Source: Elusimicrobiota bacterium (GTDB lineage: Bacteria; Elusimicrobiota; Elusimicrobia; UBA1565). Taken from it: 64,000 nt of DNA. This document shows positions 10,201 to 19,700 of the stretch, piece by piece. The stretch is taken from assembly GCA_043819795.1 (NCBI GenBank), contig JBDREN010000049.1, positions 27,409-91,408 of the forward strand. The letters are read 5' to 3'. The translations under genes were made by a program, and so were the position numbers. Below the pieces are notes generated by a model. That model did not search any database and had not been told where the DNA came from. It saw only the letters and a program-made list of their open reading frames with translations. Positions within the stretch are counted from its first letter, which is position 1. Every line of letters starts with the position of its first letter.

Positions 10201-10463
10201 GACTTCGCGTCTACCTTCATGGCCAAGCGGGGAACCGCGAGGACGCCTGCGGGCCAGCTCAGCTCGACGTCGTGGAGCACGAGGCCTTCGGCGGGGCTTC
10301 CCGATACGCCGCCGACTTCCACGCGCACGCCCGTCCGGGCCTCGAGCCAGGAGGCCGCTTTTTCGACGAACGGTCCCGGAATCCTGAGCGCCGCGGTCGC
10401 CGGCCCGGCGACGGCCGCCATCGCCGCCGCGAGGAGCGCAAAGTGAAGGGGCTTGCGGCCCAT
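7239..10463 (-). CDS. tamB: Translocation and assembly module TamB (AsmA/DUF490)
   Basis: N-terminal anchor from ATG 10463 (ATGA overlap with tamA stop), long beta-rich body, C-terminal LSSEPPM...GKYLTKRLFVTY DUF490 region. Confidence 0.82.
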   Translation of the reverse strand: MGRKPLHFALLAAAMAAVAGPATAALRIPGPFVEKAASWLEARTGVRVEVGGVSGSPAEGLVLHDVELSWPAGVLAVPRLAMKVDAKSLLRKRVIVTSLALTRPTLRLKPPGETSLPDSSARKKPAWIISLLRASIQEGAIIWEPPSAILPGRIERLDARLRVDEERVHLESATWRMAGREMNATGTVGFAPLSVNTTLRWDRDIEGSFRWTRDAEGWKANAEIKKRRKPSLSVAARSDKENAWHFQGNLARLDPADLMIALPFRIAPVSGDLQAKGGGPGPGGISAGLFDLQEEGGLRLQAKGHTAEGRTDWRVELSTAGASASSLGSFESGVVRATWTLEADAAAIRRLAGTWAAGMRAAGSVSGTWPALRWRAEGRMEGLDHETIRLSSAAFTAAGRGLRPAVMDVRVVAAGLRAGAVSLDEARVSLSGSTSSHTTDWEAAVSGGTLAARGSGALAGGVWTVRWKELQAYAGRVYRSSTPFKTEIGSGAWSVSSLAVSDGKARLAVDAAARGTIFERLRMTASGFDPAFLRHIGVRTVPLDGEVDAAIELKGALSAPSGKAAFRLRDGHWRRRPLGDISGRLSSDGKTLRVETLLWESGGGTLTLRGTAPLAFGGGETPDFLVDLEADGFDPAPLAAWSDAIVPESSRLSGRMRVGRRAGAPFCDGEAALRAEAVRIPAAGITLTGVTLSAVGEGRPALSLRGSAVPLGQEPPLAGLLRRVARRLSGIFERKIEEPRGTLTLSGEAGLDGPDLLVSARNLPFRSEAGLSGEADLDVGLKGAWKALRVGGTIALSEAEFMPPPKKPEAPASPRAPARGARELKASARAEMSPLQLDLRVRFDRNAWFRQGASDIETKGELLVKKEQSEPARILGAVRTLQGRYVIYGRPFDIREGRAEFSGAAPPDPTIDVRAVYVDQGTRAKVFLDLSGTASRPVVSLSSEPPMEQRDIISMLTLGKPVYDLGSESDSKKKREEAARLFTEYVSRSLHRHVIRKAKIDTFQVRARGAREADVTAGKYLTKRLFVTYGQTLGPAGQRRVEARYTLSPRWSLEGRDSSDGTYVIDILLNFAFR

Positions 10464-11992
10464 CAGAAGGCCTCCCCCAGGCTGAAGTGGACGCGCCAGT
10501 CCGAGCCGTCGGCGGGCTGCCGGCTGAGCTTGTAGCCCGCGTCCAGCCGCAGCGGGCCGACCGGCGTCCTCAGGCGCAGCCCGAAGCCCGTCCCGTAGCG
10601 CCACTGGCCCGGGACCGCGAGGTCCTCGTGCGCGGCTACTTGGCCGCCGTCCACGAACACCGCCCCCCAGAACCGCCATGCGAGGGGGAAGCGCAGCTCC
10701 GCGTTGGCGCCCGTCATCACGTTCCCGCCCAGGGGCGCGCCCAGGCTGTCCACGGGCCCCACGCCGCGCTCGCGGTAGCCGCGGACCGTGTTCGCGCCCC
10801 CCATGAAGAAGCGCTCGTAGACCGGGACCTCCGACGCGCGTCCGAACTGACGTACGACTCCGGCGCGAGCCGAGAAGGCGGCGGTGAGCCTCTTCCATGG
10901 CGTCCAGTAACGGGACGCTTCCAGGCTCGCCCGGTTGAGGTGGACGTCGCCGCCCAGCACGCCGCCGGAGCGCTCGATGCGTCCCTGCAGGAGAGCCCCC
11001 TTGGTCGGGAAGAAGGGATCGTCGGTCGTGTCCCGGTTGGCGAGCAGGGCGACGGAGCTGGCCAGGTCGTGACGCCGCGCGGACGCGGCGGTTTCCGGGT
11101 TCAGGTTGAAGAGCGCCGAGCGCTGGAGCTTGTACAGGAAGGTCCCCCGGAGCCGGTAAGGCAGCGCCCGGCCCAGGCTGCACTGCCCCCCGGCCCTTTC
11201 GATGTCGTAGCCGCGGCGGTCTTCCCTGCGCCAGGAGGCCTGAAGGCGGTTCTCGATATCGGTTCCGAGGAGGTGGCGGTTGACGAACTCGCCGCGGTAC
11301 TCCAGCCAGATGCGGGAGTAGAGGGCGCCGAACTCGGTCCGGTAGGCGCGTCCCAGGAAGTTGCCGTGCGTGAGCCGGGCCGAGAAGCGCTCCTGCTCTT
11401 CGGACCCGTAACCGACGCCGGTGTTGACCGACTTCATCGGCTTCTCTTGAAGCCCGATGAGGACCTCCGCCGTTTTCGCCGCCGTCGTGGAGGCGCGGAT
11501 GCTCAGGTCCTCGAAGAAGCCGAGGCCGTAGAGACGGCTCTGGGCCGTGAAGAGGAGCGGCCTCTCGTACGGGTCGCCCGGGCGGTAGGGCAGTTCCCTG
11601 CGGACATGCTTCTCCTTGACGGCGCTGAGCCCTTCGATGCGTGTCTCCCCGAAGCGGTAGAGGGGGCCTTCCGTCGACCGGAGCGTCAGCTCGAACGCTC
11701 CCTCCCGCCGGACCACCCGGCTCTCCACCGAGGCCTCCAGGTATCCGCTGTTCTGCAGAAGAGAGAGGAGGCTCTCGGTCGCGAAGTCCACCTTGGCGGG
11801 TTCGTAGGGATCGCCCGCGTGGACCGCGACCGCCGCGTCCACTCTGGACCGCGGGAGCGAAGGCGCGCCTTCGATCAGGACCGACGAGAAGGTGGTGGTG
11901 GATGCGGGAGCGGCGTCGGCGCCGGCCCAGGAAGGACTCCGTGCCGAGAGAGCGCCGATGACGGCCGCGGCTAGGAAGAGAGAGCGCGTCAT
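10463..11992 (-). CDS. tamA: TamA/BamA-family outer membrane protein
   Basis: Signal peptide, POTRA-like repeats, GG..VRGY motif, TPVGPLRLD, terminal Phe; coupled to tamB. Confidence 0.85.
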   Translation of the reverse strand: MTRSLFLAAAVIGALSARSPSWAGADAAPASTTTFSSVLIEGAPSLPRSRVDAAVAVHAGDPYEPAKVDFATESLLSLLQNSGYLEASVESRVVRREGAFELTLRSTEGPLYRFGETRIEGLSAVKEKHVRRELPYRPGDPYERPLLFTAQSRLYGLGFFEDLSIRASTTAAKTAEVLIGLQEKPMKSVNTGVGYGSEEQERFSARLTHGNFLGRAYRTEFGALYSRIWLEYRGEFVNRHLLGTDIENRLQASWRREDRRGYDIERAGGQCSLGRALPYRLRGTFLYKLQRSALFNLNPETAASARRHDLASSVALLANRDTTDDPFFPTKGALLQGRIERSGGVLGGDVHLNRASLEASRYWTPWKRLTAAFSARAGVVRQFGRASEVPVYERFFMGGANTVRGYRERGVGPVDSLGAPLGGNVMTGANAELRFPLAWRFWGAVFVDGGQVAAHEDLAVPGQWRYGTGFGLRLRTPVGPLRLDAGYKLSRQPADGSDWRVHFSLGEAF

Positions 11993-12045
11993 GAAGGGCA
12001 ACCCTTTGGATCCTCCGCTCGGGCCGTGGGCCGAGATCGCGCGCT

Positions 12046-13224
12046 TCAGGACCTTTCGGCCCCGGCGCCGAATGCGTGCATCTTGTCCACGACCGCGGGG
12101 ATCTCCTCCGCCGACACGTTTCCCAGGGCTAACCGGACGCAGCGCTCTTGTCCGGGACCGAAGAAGGTCCCCGGCAGCATGATGATGTTCTCTTTCCGGA
12201 GGAAGCCGCGGCAGATCTCGTCGGCCGAGGCGCACATGTCGGACTCCAGGTAGACGAAGAAGGCGCCGGCGGCGCGCAGGCGGAAGCGCGATGGCCGGCT
12301 CGCGAAAGCGTCTTGGAAGGCCTTCAGCCGGGCGCGCATCATCTCGATCTTCCCCTCGAGCCAGGCCCTGGAGGCGCGCAAGCCCCCGAGCGCCGCGGCC
12401 TGGCCTATGCTCGGGGCGCAGATGACGTTGGTGTCGTGGACCTTCATGAACTCGCGGAGGAACCGCGTGGAGGCCGCTACGAAGCCCACGCGCAAGCCCG
12501 TCAGGCTGAAGGTCTTGGAGTAGGAATGGACGGCGACCGCGTGCTCCTCGAAGCCCTCGATGTTCAGTACCGAGGCGGGCCGAGGATAGGCGTCGTGGAA
12601 GTAGTTGTAGACCTCGTCGGAGATGAGGACGACCCCGCGCTCGCGGCACAGCGCGAAGAGGGCGTCGACCTCCTCCTGAGCGCTGGACCTCCCGGTGGGG
12701 TTGCAGGGATTGACCAGGACGACGGCCCGGGTTCTGGGGCCCAGGGCCCTCTCGATCTCAGCCAAGGGCAGGGGGAAGCCGGCCGCGGGGTCCCGCACGA
12801 TCTCCACCGGCTTGAGGCCGCGGATGACCGCCGCCATGTAGTAGTTGAAATAGTAAGGCGCCAGGAATACGATCTCGTCGCCCGCCTCGGCCAGGGTGTT
12901 CAGGACGGAGAAGAACGCGTTATTGGCTCCGGCCGTGAGGCAGATGCTCTCCGCCGCGGGGGGGCGGGCGTAGAGCCTTCCTAGCTCCTGGGCGATGGCC
13001 TCTCTGAGCTCTCGCGTGCCCTCGTCCGCGGTGTAGTGCGAGTAGTCGTCCGTGTTCAGGAACCTCTTGAGAGCGAGGCGGATCTCTTCGGGAGGGGGGT
13101 AGTCGGGTACGGCCTGGCTCAGGTCGTAGACCTTCTTGGCCGGGTCCGTCGTCTTCTCGGCCAGGTCCTTGAAGTCGCAGATGGGAGGATAGTATAGGTC
13201 TCGGATGGCTTTGGGCAGGTCCAT
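12046..13224 (-). CDS. PLP-dependent aminotransferase class I/II
   Basis: VNPCNPTG, ISDEVY and SYSKTFSLTGLRVG motifs; start ATG 13224. Confidence 0.9.
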   Translation of the reverse strand: MDLPKAIRDLYYPPICDFKDLAEKTTDPAKKVYDLSQAVPDYPPPEEIRLALKRFLNTDDYSHYTADEGTRELREAIAQELGRLYARPPAAESICLTAGANNAFFSVLNTLAEAGDEIVFLAPYYFNYYMAAVIRGLKPVEIVRDPAAGFPLPLAEIERALGPRTRAVVLVNPCNPTGRSSAQEEVDALFALCRERGVVLISDEVYNYFHDAYPRPASVLNIEGFEEHAVAVHSYSKTFSLTGLRVGFVAASTRFLREFMKVHDTNVICAPSIGQAAALGGLRASRAWLEGKIEMMRARLKAFQDAFASRPSRFRLRAAGAFFVYLESDMCASADEICRGFLRKENIIMLPGTFFGPGQERCVRLALGNVSAEEIPAVVDKMHAFGAGAERS

Positions 13225-13327
13225 AGCTGATGGCCAGTATATTAAAAAAACGCGGCCATAGCTCAGCTTCTCGTCGCACGGTTTTGTATTATGCTGGACC
13301 GACGCATCGCAGTCCGGAGGCGTGCCC

Positions 13328-14656
13328 ATGACCGCAGCGATCAGCCGTTTTTTCGAGCTCGAGGAGCGGAACACGAACGTCCGCACGGAGCTGGCCGCGG
13401 GGCTGACCACGTTCATGACCATGGCCTATATCATCTTCGTCCAGCCCCAGGTCTTGGGAGCGGCCGGGATGGACAAGGGGGCGGTCCTGGTGGCCACGTG
13501 CCTCTCCAGCGCCTTGGCGTGCTTTCTGATGGGCATCCTGGCCAACTATCCCATCGCCCAGGCCCCGCTGATGGGCGAGAACTTCTTCTTCGCCTACACG
13601 GTGATCCTGGGTATGGGGATACCCTGGGAGAAGGCCCTGGGGCTGGTATTCCTGTCGGGCGTGCTTTTCTTGGCCCTGACGCTGACCCAGGTGCGCGAGA
13701 TGATCGTGAACTCCGTGCCGGAGGGGCTCAAGTACGGGATCGCGGTGGGGATAGGCTTCTTCGTCACGCTGATCGGCTTGAAAGAGGCCGGAGTGGTGGT
13801 GTTCACCGAGGCCGCCCCGAAGCTGGGGCCCGTCACGAGCCTTCCCGTGGCCCTCTCCTTGGCGGGCTTCACGCTGATGGCCGTCTTGACGGCCCGGCGG
13901 GTGAAGGGCGCCGTGCTCATCGGGATCCTGGCCACTGGAGTCGCGGCCTGGGCCTGCGGCCTGGTCGTCTACGAGGGGCTCGTCAGCGCGCCTCCCTCGC
14001 TGTCCCCGACGTTCCTGAAGTTCGATCTCGCGGGGCTGTGGCGCTGGGAGTACCTCTCCCTGATCATCGTATTCCTCTACATGACCCTCTTCGATACCGT
14101 GGGCACCCTCCTCGGCGTGAGCATTCAGGCGGACCTCCTCAAGGACGGCAAGCTCCCCCGGGCCTCCCGGGCGCTCATGGCGGACGCCGTGGCCACCACC
14201 GTGGGCGCGTGTCTGGGGACCTCCACGGTCTCGAGCTACATCGAGAGCAGCACGGGGGTAAGGGTGGGAGGCAGGACGGGGCTCACCGCCGTGACGGTCG
14301 GAGGCTTGTTCCTGGCGGCGCTCTTCGCGTTCCCGCTGGTGCGCATGATCAGCGGGGGCGTTGAGATCGCGGGCGGCCACATGATCCATCCCATCACGGC
14401 CCCGGCGTTGATCCTCGTCGGAGCCTTCATGGTGGAGGGCCTGCGGCGCATCGACTGGAAGGACTTCACCGAGTCCATGCCCGCCTTCCTGACGATCGTA
14501 TGCATCCCCTTCACGTTCAGCATCGCCGAGGGCATCGCGATCGGGTTCATCTCCTATCCGATCCTCAAGGCCGCCGCCGGCCGGCCGCGGGACGCCAGCC
14601 CCCTGGTCTGGGTCATGGCGACGTTGTTCGTGCTGCGCTACGTCTTTCTTGATTAG
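13328..14656 (+). CDS. NCS2/AzgA-family purine permease
   Basis: TELAAGLTTFMTMAYI, FDTVGT, YIESSTG..VGGRTGLTA and PFTFSIAEGI motifs. Confidence 0.92.
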   Translation: MTAAISRFFELEERNTNVRTELAAGLTTFMTMAYIIFVQPQVLGAAGMDKGAVLVATCLSSALACFLMGILANYPIAQAPLMGENFFFAYTVILGMGIPWEKALGLVFLSGVLFLALTLTQVREMIVNSVPEGLKYGIAVGIGFFVTLIGLKEAGVVVFTEAAPKLGPVTSLPVALSLAGFTLMAVLTARRVKGAVLIGILATGVAAWACGLVVYEGLVSAPPSLSPTFLKFDLAGLWRWEYLSLIIVFLYMTLFDTVGTLLGVSIQADLLKDGKLPRASRALMADAVATTVGACLGTSTVSSYIESSTGVRVGGRTGLTAVTVGGLFLAALFAFPLVRMISGGVEIAGGHMIHPITAPALILVGAFMVEGLRRIDWKDFTESMPAFLTIVCIPFTFSIAEGIAIGFISYPILKAAAGRPRDASPLVWVMATLFVLRYVFLD

Positions 14657-15195
14657 GCGGGGCGGATGTACTTCGCGGGGACTTCGCCGGTGAGCCAGGT
14701 CCCGCTCGCGTTGAAGAATCGGTAGCGGTCCTTGAACATCCCCCCGGAGTCCACCCTCAGCACCGCCGGTGTGCCGCGCCTGCGTCCGACACTGCGGGCG
14801 GTCTTCGTATCCGGTGAGAGATGCACGTACTGCCTGCGCATGGGCTTGATGCCGTGCGCCAGGATCGAGGCCACGCTGGACTGCGCGGTTCCATGGAAGA
14901 GCGTCGAAGGAGGGCGCGCGGGCTCGTATTGGAGGTCCACCGGCGCCGAGTGGCCGTAGTTGGCCCTGATATGCCTGCCGTCCATCGACAGGGAGAGCCT
15001 AGGCTTATCCCCGTCGACGACCACTCCCTCGACGTCCCGCCCGGTGAGAGGGAAATCGTGGCGCTTACAGGCATCGAGCAAGGCCTTGAGTTCCACCCAG
15101 CCGCCCGGAGCCAGACGGAGCCCCAGGCGCTCCGGGTGATGCCTCAGGTGCCTGCTCAGGTACTTGCTTATCTTGACGAGGCGTGAGCTGCGCAG
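14653..15195 (-). CDS. kptA: RNA 2'-phosphotransferase KptA/Tpt1 (probable CTG start)
   Basis: ISKYLSRHLRH, IRANYGHS, LFHGT and RQYVHLS motifs. The conserved N-terminus lies upstream of the track's GTG, and the only start-like codon is CTG 15195 after a GAGGT SD-like sequence. Confidence 0.88.
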   Translation of the reverse strand: MRSSRLVKISKYLSRHLRHHPERLGLRLAPGGWVELKALLDACKRHDFPLTGRDVEGVVVDGDKPRLSLSMDGRHIRANYGHSAPVDLQYEPARPPSTLFHGTAQSSVASILAHGIKPMRRQYVHLSPDTKTARSVGRRRGTPAVLRVDSGGMFKDRYRFFNASGTWLTGEVPAKYIRPA

Positions 15196-15198
15196 AGA

Positions 15199-15288
15199 CT
15201 ACCTCTTCTTGTGTCCGCAGTCCGACCGGCCGGCCTCGCCGTCGCATTCGTTGTCCGAGCCGTCGCAGGCTTCGGCGGACGGCGCCAC
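15199..15288 (-). other. 29-codon micro-ORF or fragment carrying a Cys/Asp metal-binding repeat (EACDGSDNECDG)
   Basis: GTG...TAG in the same frame as kptA; the sequence matches the E.CDG.DN.CDG repeat of large secreted proteins (MopE-type putative metal-binding motif). Confidence 0.5.
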
Positions 15289-15431
15289 GGGAAATTGTAC
15301 ATTGTCCGGAGCGCGGGGCTCAAGGCCGCCGGGAGGGGCCGCCGGGAGGGGCGCTCAAGGTGGCGGGTGGTTTGCGGGCCCGGCATTTTCTGGTATAGTT
15401 TCAAGTATACACCCCGTTTCTGGAGGCGGAT

Positions 15432-16547
15432 ATGGCTGACATCAGGCTGATAAGACTCGCGAAGATACTTGTCGAATATTCGCTTGGGATCAAGAAGGGC
15501 GATTATCTGGCGATCCAGGGCGCGGTCGTGGCGCAGCCCCTCATGAAAGAGGTGACGCGCCTTGCCGCGCGCAAGGGCGCCATGGTCGACGTCTACACCA
15601 ATCTGCCCGAGATCAAGAGGGTCTTCCTGGAGAACGCCGGTCCCGACCAGCTGAAGCGGACGCCGCTTCTGATGAAGACGTTCCTCGGGGACTACGACAA
15701 GAACCTGACGCTCTTCGGCGAGACGAACACCCGGGAGCTCAACAGCCTCCCGCCCCAGAAGCTGAAGGCGTCCATGCAGGGGGTCAAGAAGATCCGCGAG
15801 AAGTTCTTCAAGCGGATGGGGGAGAACAAGGTCAGCTGGTGCGGCAGCATATTCCCCACCAACCCGCTCGCCCAGGAGGCGGGGATGGCGCTCGAGGAGT
15901 ACGAGGATTTCGTCTATGGCGCGTGCTTCTGCGATAAGCCGGATCCCGTGGCCCTCTGGAAGAAGATGTCCCGGAAGCAGGAGAAGGTGGCGGCTTTCCT
16001 CAACAGGGCCAAAGAGATCCATATCATGGCCCCGGGCACCGATCTCAGGGCGAGCGTCAAAGGGCGCAGGTGGGTGAACTGCGACGGCAAAGTAAACCTG
16101 CCCGACGGAGAGGTCTTCACCGGCCCGGTCGAGACGAGCATCAACGGGCATATCCGGTTCTCTTTCCCGGGGATCTATATGTCCAAAGAGGTCGACGACA
16201 TCTACCTGGAGTTCAAGGACGGCAAGGTGGTCAAGGCCCGGGCCGCGAAGGGAGAGGGACTGCTGCACCAGCTTCTGAAGACCGACGCGGGCGCGCCGTT
16301 CGTGGGCGAGCTGGCCGTCGGGACGAACCACGGGATCCAGACCTTCACGCGCAACATGCTCTTCGACGAAAAGATCGGGGGCACGGTCCACCTCGCCATC
16401 GGCGCCGGGTTCCCCGAGACCGGCTCGAAGAACAGGTCCTCGCTCCACTGGGACATGCTCTGCGACATGCGCAAGGGCGGGAGGCTCTCCGTCGACGGCA
16501 AGCTCGCCTACAAGAACGGCAAGTTCGTCGACAATCGTTTGAACTGA
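15432..16547 (+). CDS. Aminopeptidase, M29 (AmpS/PepS-type)
   Basis: NLPDGEVFTGP, GELAVGTN, LFDEKIGGTVHLAIG and HWDM motifs. Confidence 0.92.
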   Translation: MADIRLIRLAKILVEYSLGIKKGDYLAIQGAVVAQPLMKEVTRLAARKGAMVDVYTNLPEIKRVFLENAGPDQLKRTPLLMKTFLGDYDKNLTLFGETNTRELNSLPPQKLKASMQGVKKIREKFFKRMGENKVSWCGSIFPTNPLAQEAGMALEEYEDFVYGACFCDKPDPVALWKKMSRKQEKVAAFLNRAKEIHIMAPGTDLRASVKGRRWVNCDGKVNLPDGEVFTGPVETSINGHIRFSFPGIYMSKEVDDIYLEFKDGKVVKARAAKGEGLLHQLLKTDAGAPFVGELAVGTNHGIQTFTRNMLFDEKIGGTVHLAIGAGFPETGSKNRSSLHWDMLCDMRKGGRLSVDGKLAYKNGKFVDNRLN

Positions 16548-16732
16548 GGCGCGGAGGAATACCGCCGTCCGCCGTCCGTTCGTCGGCGGGGCGCTCTGCT
16601 CGGCATCTCCACCTTCCGGAAATCCCGGCGGCGTTCTCGCGACTTTAATGCCAAAATAGAACGTCATCCGCACGGTTGGCGGCGGCGCTTGATGACAAGC
16701 GGGGACGTAACTTCTTACACTACATCAAGGAC

Positions 16733-19700
16733 ATGAGAGCGGGAAGAGCGGGCAGCGAAAAGGCCAGGCTCGCGGCCGCGGCCGAGTCGGGGCTGCTCGA
16801 TACGCCGCCGGAGGAGCGTTTCGACCGCATCACGCGGATCGCCCGGCGGCATTTCGGGACCTCGGTGGCCTACATCTCCCTGGTGGACGCCGACCGCGAG
16901 TGGTTCAAGTCCCGGCAGGGACTGCGCCTGCGGTCCGTCCCGCGGGAAGTCTCGTTCGGCGCGCGGGTCGTCCGGAAGAGCGGGGTATTCTCTCTCGTGG
17001 ACGCCCGCAAGGACCCGAAGTTCTCCGAGCATCCCCTGGTGGCCGGAGGGCCGCGCGTCCGGTTCGTGGCGGCATGCCCGCTTTCCACATCGGACGGAAG
17101 CCGGGTCGGCGCTCTGGCGATCGCGGACCGGAAGCCCAGACGGCTGGGGAAAGGGGATCTCGGCGCGCTGCGCGACCTGGCCCGGATCGCCGAGGCGGAG
17201 CTGCGCGCTTCCGGGGCTCATGATCCGGCCGCCGGGACGCTCCGGCGGGTCCGGGACCTGCAGGACTTCGTGGACAACGTGCCCGAGCTCATCCAAAGCG
17301 TCGCTCCCGACGGGAGTTTCCGGTACGTGAACCGGGCCTGGCGCCGGGCCCTGGGCTACGACGAGGATGATGTCGCGCGGCTCAACCTCTTCGACATCAT
17401 CGCCCCGGAGAGTTTCGCGCATTGCCAGGACGTCTTTAAAAGGGTGATGTCCGGGGAGTACGTCCAAGACATGGAGGCGGTGTTCCTCGCCAAGGGCGGG
17501 GGCAAGGTATTCCTTTCCGGGAGCGCGAACTGCCACATGGAAAGCGGCAAGCCCACGCACACCCGGGCCATTTTCAGAGACGTCACGGAGCAGAAGCGCG
17601 CGGAGGCCGAGTTGCGGAAGCGGACGTATGAGCTCGGCGAACGGGTCAAGGAGCTGAACTGCCTCTACGGGATCTCGGCTCTGTCCGAGAGGGCGGATAT
17701 CTCGTTGGAGGAGTTCCTCCAGGAGACCGCGGAGCTCATCCTCCGTTCGTGGCAGTATCCGGAGGTCACCTGCGCGCGCATCACTTTGGAGGGCCGGGAG
17801 TTCAGGACGAGGAACTTCCGCGAGAGTCCCTGGAAACAAACCGCGGACCTCCAGGCGCGCGGCGCGCGGTTCGGCTCCGTCGAGGTGTATTACCTCGAGA
17901 AACGGCCGCGGCGCTACGAAGGCCCCTTTCTCAAGGAGGAGCGGAGGCTGCTCAACGCTATCGCGGAGCGGTTGGGGAAGATCGCGCAGCGCCGGCGAGT
18001 GGAGGACGCTCTCAGGAAGGGCGAGGCCGGTTACAGGACGCTCGTGGACAACCTGCCGCAGAAGGTTTTCCTGAAGGACGAAAATTCCGTCTACCTGTCC
18101 TGCAATGAGAGGTACGCGCGCGACCTGAAGATCCGTCCCGAGGAGATCCTGGGAAGGACGGACTACGAGTTCTTCCCCCGGGAGCTCGCCGAGAAATACA
18201 GGACCGACGACAAGAGGATCATGGAGTCGGGCAGGATCGAGGATCTGGAGGAGGAGTACATAGAGGACGGCCGGCGGGCGATCATCCAGACCGTAAAGAC
18301 GCCGATCAAGGACGACTCGGGCGTCGTCGTCGGGGTGCTGGGCATCTTCTGGGACATCACGGAGCGCAAGCGGGCGGAGCAGAAGCTGCGCCAGCTGTCG
18401 CTCGCCGTCGAGCACAGCCCGAACATCGTGATGATCACCGATCCCGAGGGCAAGATCGAATACGTCAATCCGGCGTTCTCCTCGGTGGCCGGATACGCGC
18501 CCGAGGACGTGCTCGGGCGGGGCGCGGGGGAGCTGGGCGAGCAGTCCGCCGAGGAGCAGGGGCGGATGTGGGCCGCCATCAGGTCCGGCACGGTATGGCG
18601 GGGAGAGTTCCCGAACAAGACCAAGTCCGGCGGGTCCTACTGGGAGCTGGCCTCGATCGCTCCGATCAAGGACGAGGACGGGAATATCACTCATTTCGTC
18701 AAGGTCGCGCAGGACATCACCGAGCGCAAGCGCATGGAGGCCGAGCTGGCCAAGGCCCGGGACCAGGCCCTGGCGGCGGCCAAGGCCAAGGCCCAGTTCC
18801 TGGCCAAGATGAGCCACGAGCTTCGCACGCCCCTCAACGCCATCATCGGCATGAGCGACCTGCTCTTGGATACCCCGCTCAAGCACCAGCAGCGGGAATA
18901 CGCGTCCACGGTCCACGATTCCGGCGAGGTGCTGCTGTCCTTGATCAACGACGTCCTGGACTTCTCCAAGCTCGAGGTCGGGAAGCTCCAGCTGGAAAGC
19001 GTCGAGTTCGACCTTCGCTTGCTCTTAGAGGAGGCGGCCCAGCTCTGCTCGTTCCAGGCCCACGCGAAGGGGCTGGAGGTGCTGCTCGCCATGCCCGACG
19101 ACGTGCCGAGCGCCCTGCGCGGGGATTCGGGCCGGCTGCGCCAGATCCTGATGAATTTCCTGGGCAACGCCGTGAAGTTCACGGAGAAGGGCCAGGTGGT
19201 CCTGCTCGCGTCCAAGGAAGAGGAGGACGAGCGGCGCGCGATGCTGCGGCTGGCGGTGGCGGATACGGGCCTCGGGATCGAGCCCGAGACGCAGGCCCGC
19301 CTGTTCGAGGCCTTCACCCAGGCGGACGCCTCGACCACCAGGAGGTTCGGCGGGACGGGTCTCGGGCTGGCCATCTCGCGGCAGATCATCGAGCGGATGG
19401 GAGGAGAGTTCGGGGTCGAGAGTTCTCCGGGCATCGGCTCGACCTTCTGGTGCCGGGTTCCTTTCGAGAAGGCGCCGGGCGAGGGCTCCGCCGAGGCCGC
19501 GCGCAAGCCGGATTTCTCGGGCGCGCGGGTGCTCGTGGTCGACGACAACGCGGCCAACCGCGAGATCATGCGCGAGCGGCTCTCGGGCTGGGGGATGCGG
19601 CCGGATGTGGCCGCGGGAGCCCCCGAGGCGCTGGACAGGCTGCGGCGGGAGGCGGCGGGACCGGACCCGCACCGTCTCCTGCTCACGGACATGCGGATGC

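Noticed and set aside
10464..12649. Long N-terminal extensions of tamB and tamA (and similarly hydrogenase gamma/delta/alpha, hmcC, DUF364) in the track
   Set aside because: They overlap upstream genes; downstream starts with RBS, signal peptides or stop-start coupling fit better
13225..13327. Purine riboswitch upstream of the NCS2 permease
   Set aside because: No purine-aptamer junction sequences; short divergent promoter region
15318..15360. Duplicated CCGCCGGGAGGGG flanked by GCTCAAGG
   Set aside because: Short local duplication in GC-rich intergenic DNA; no further structure to support a function
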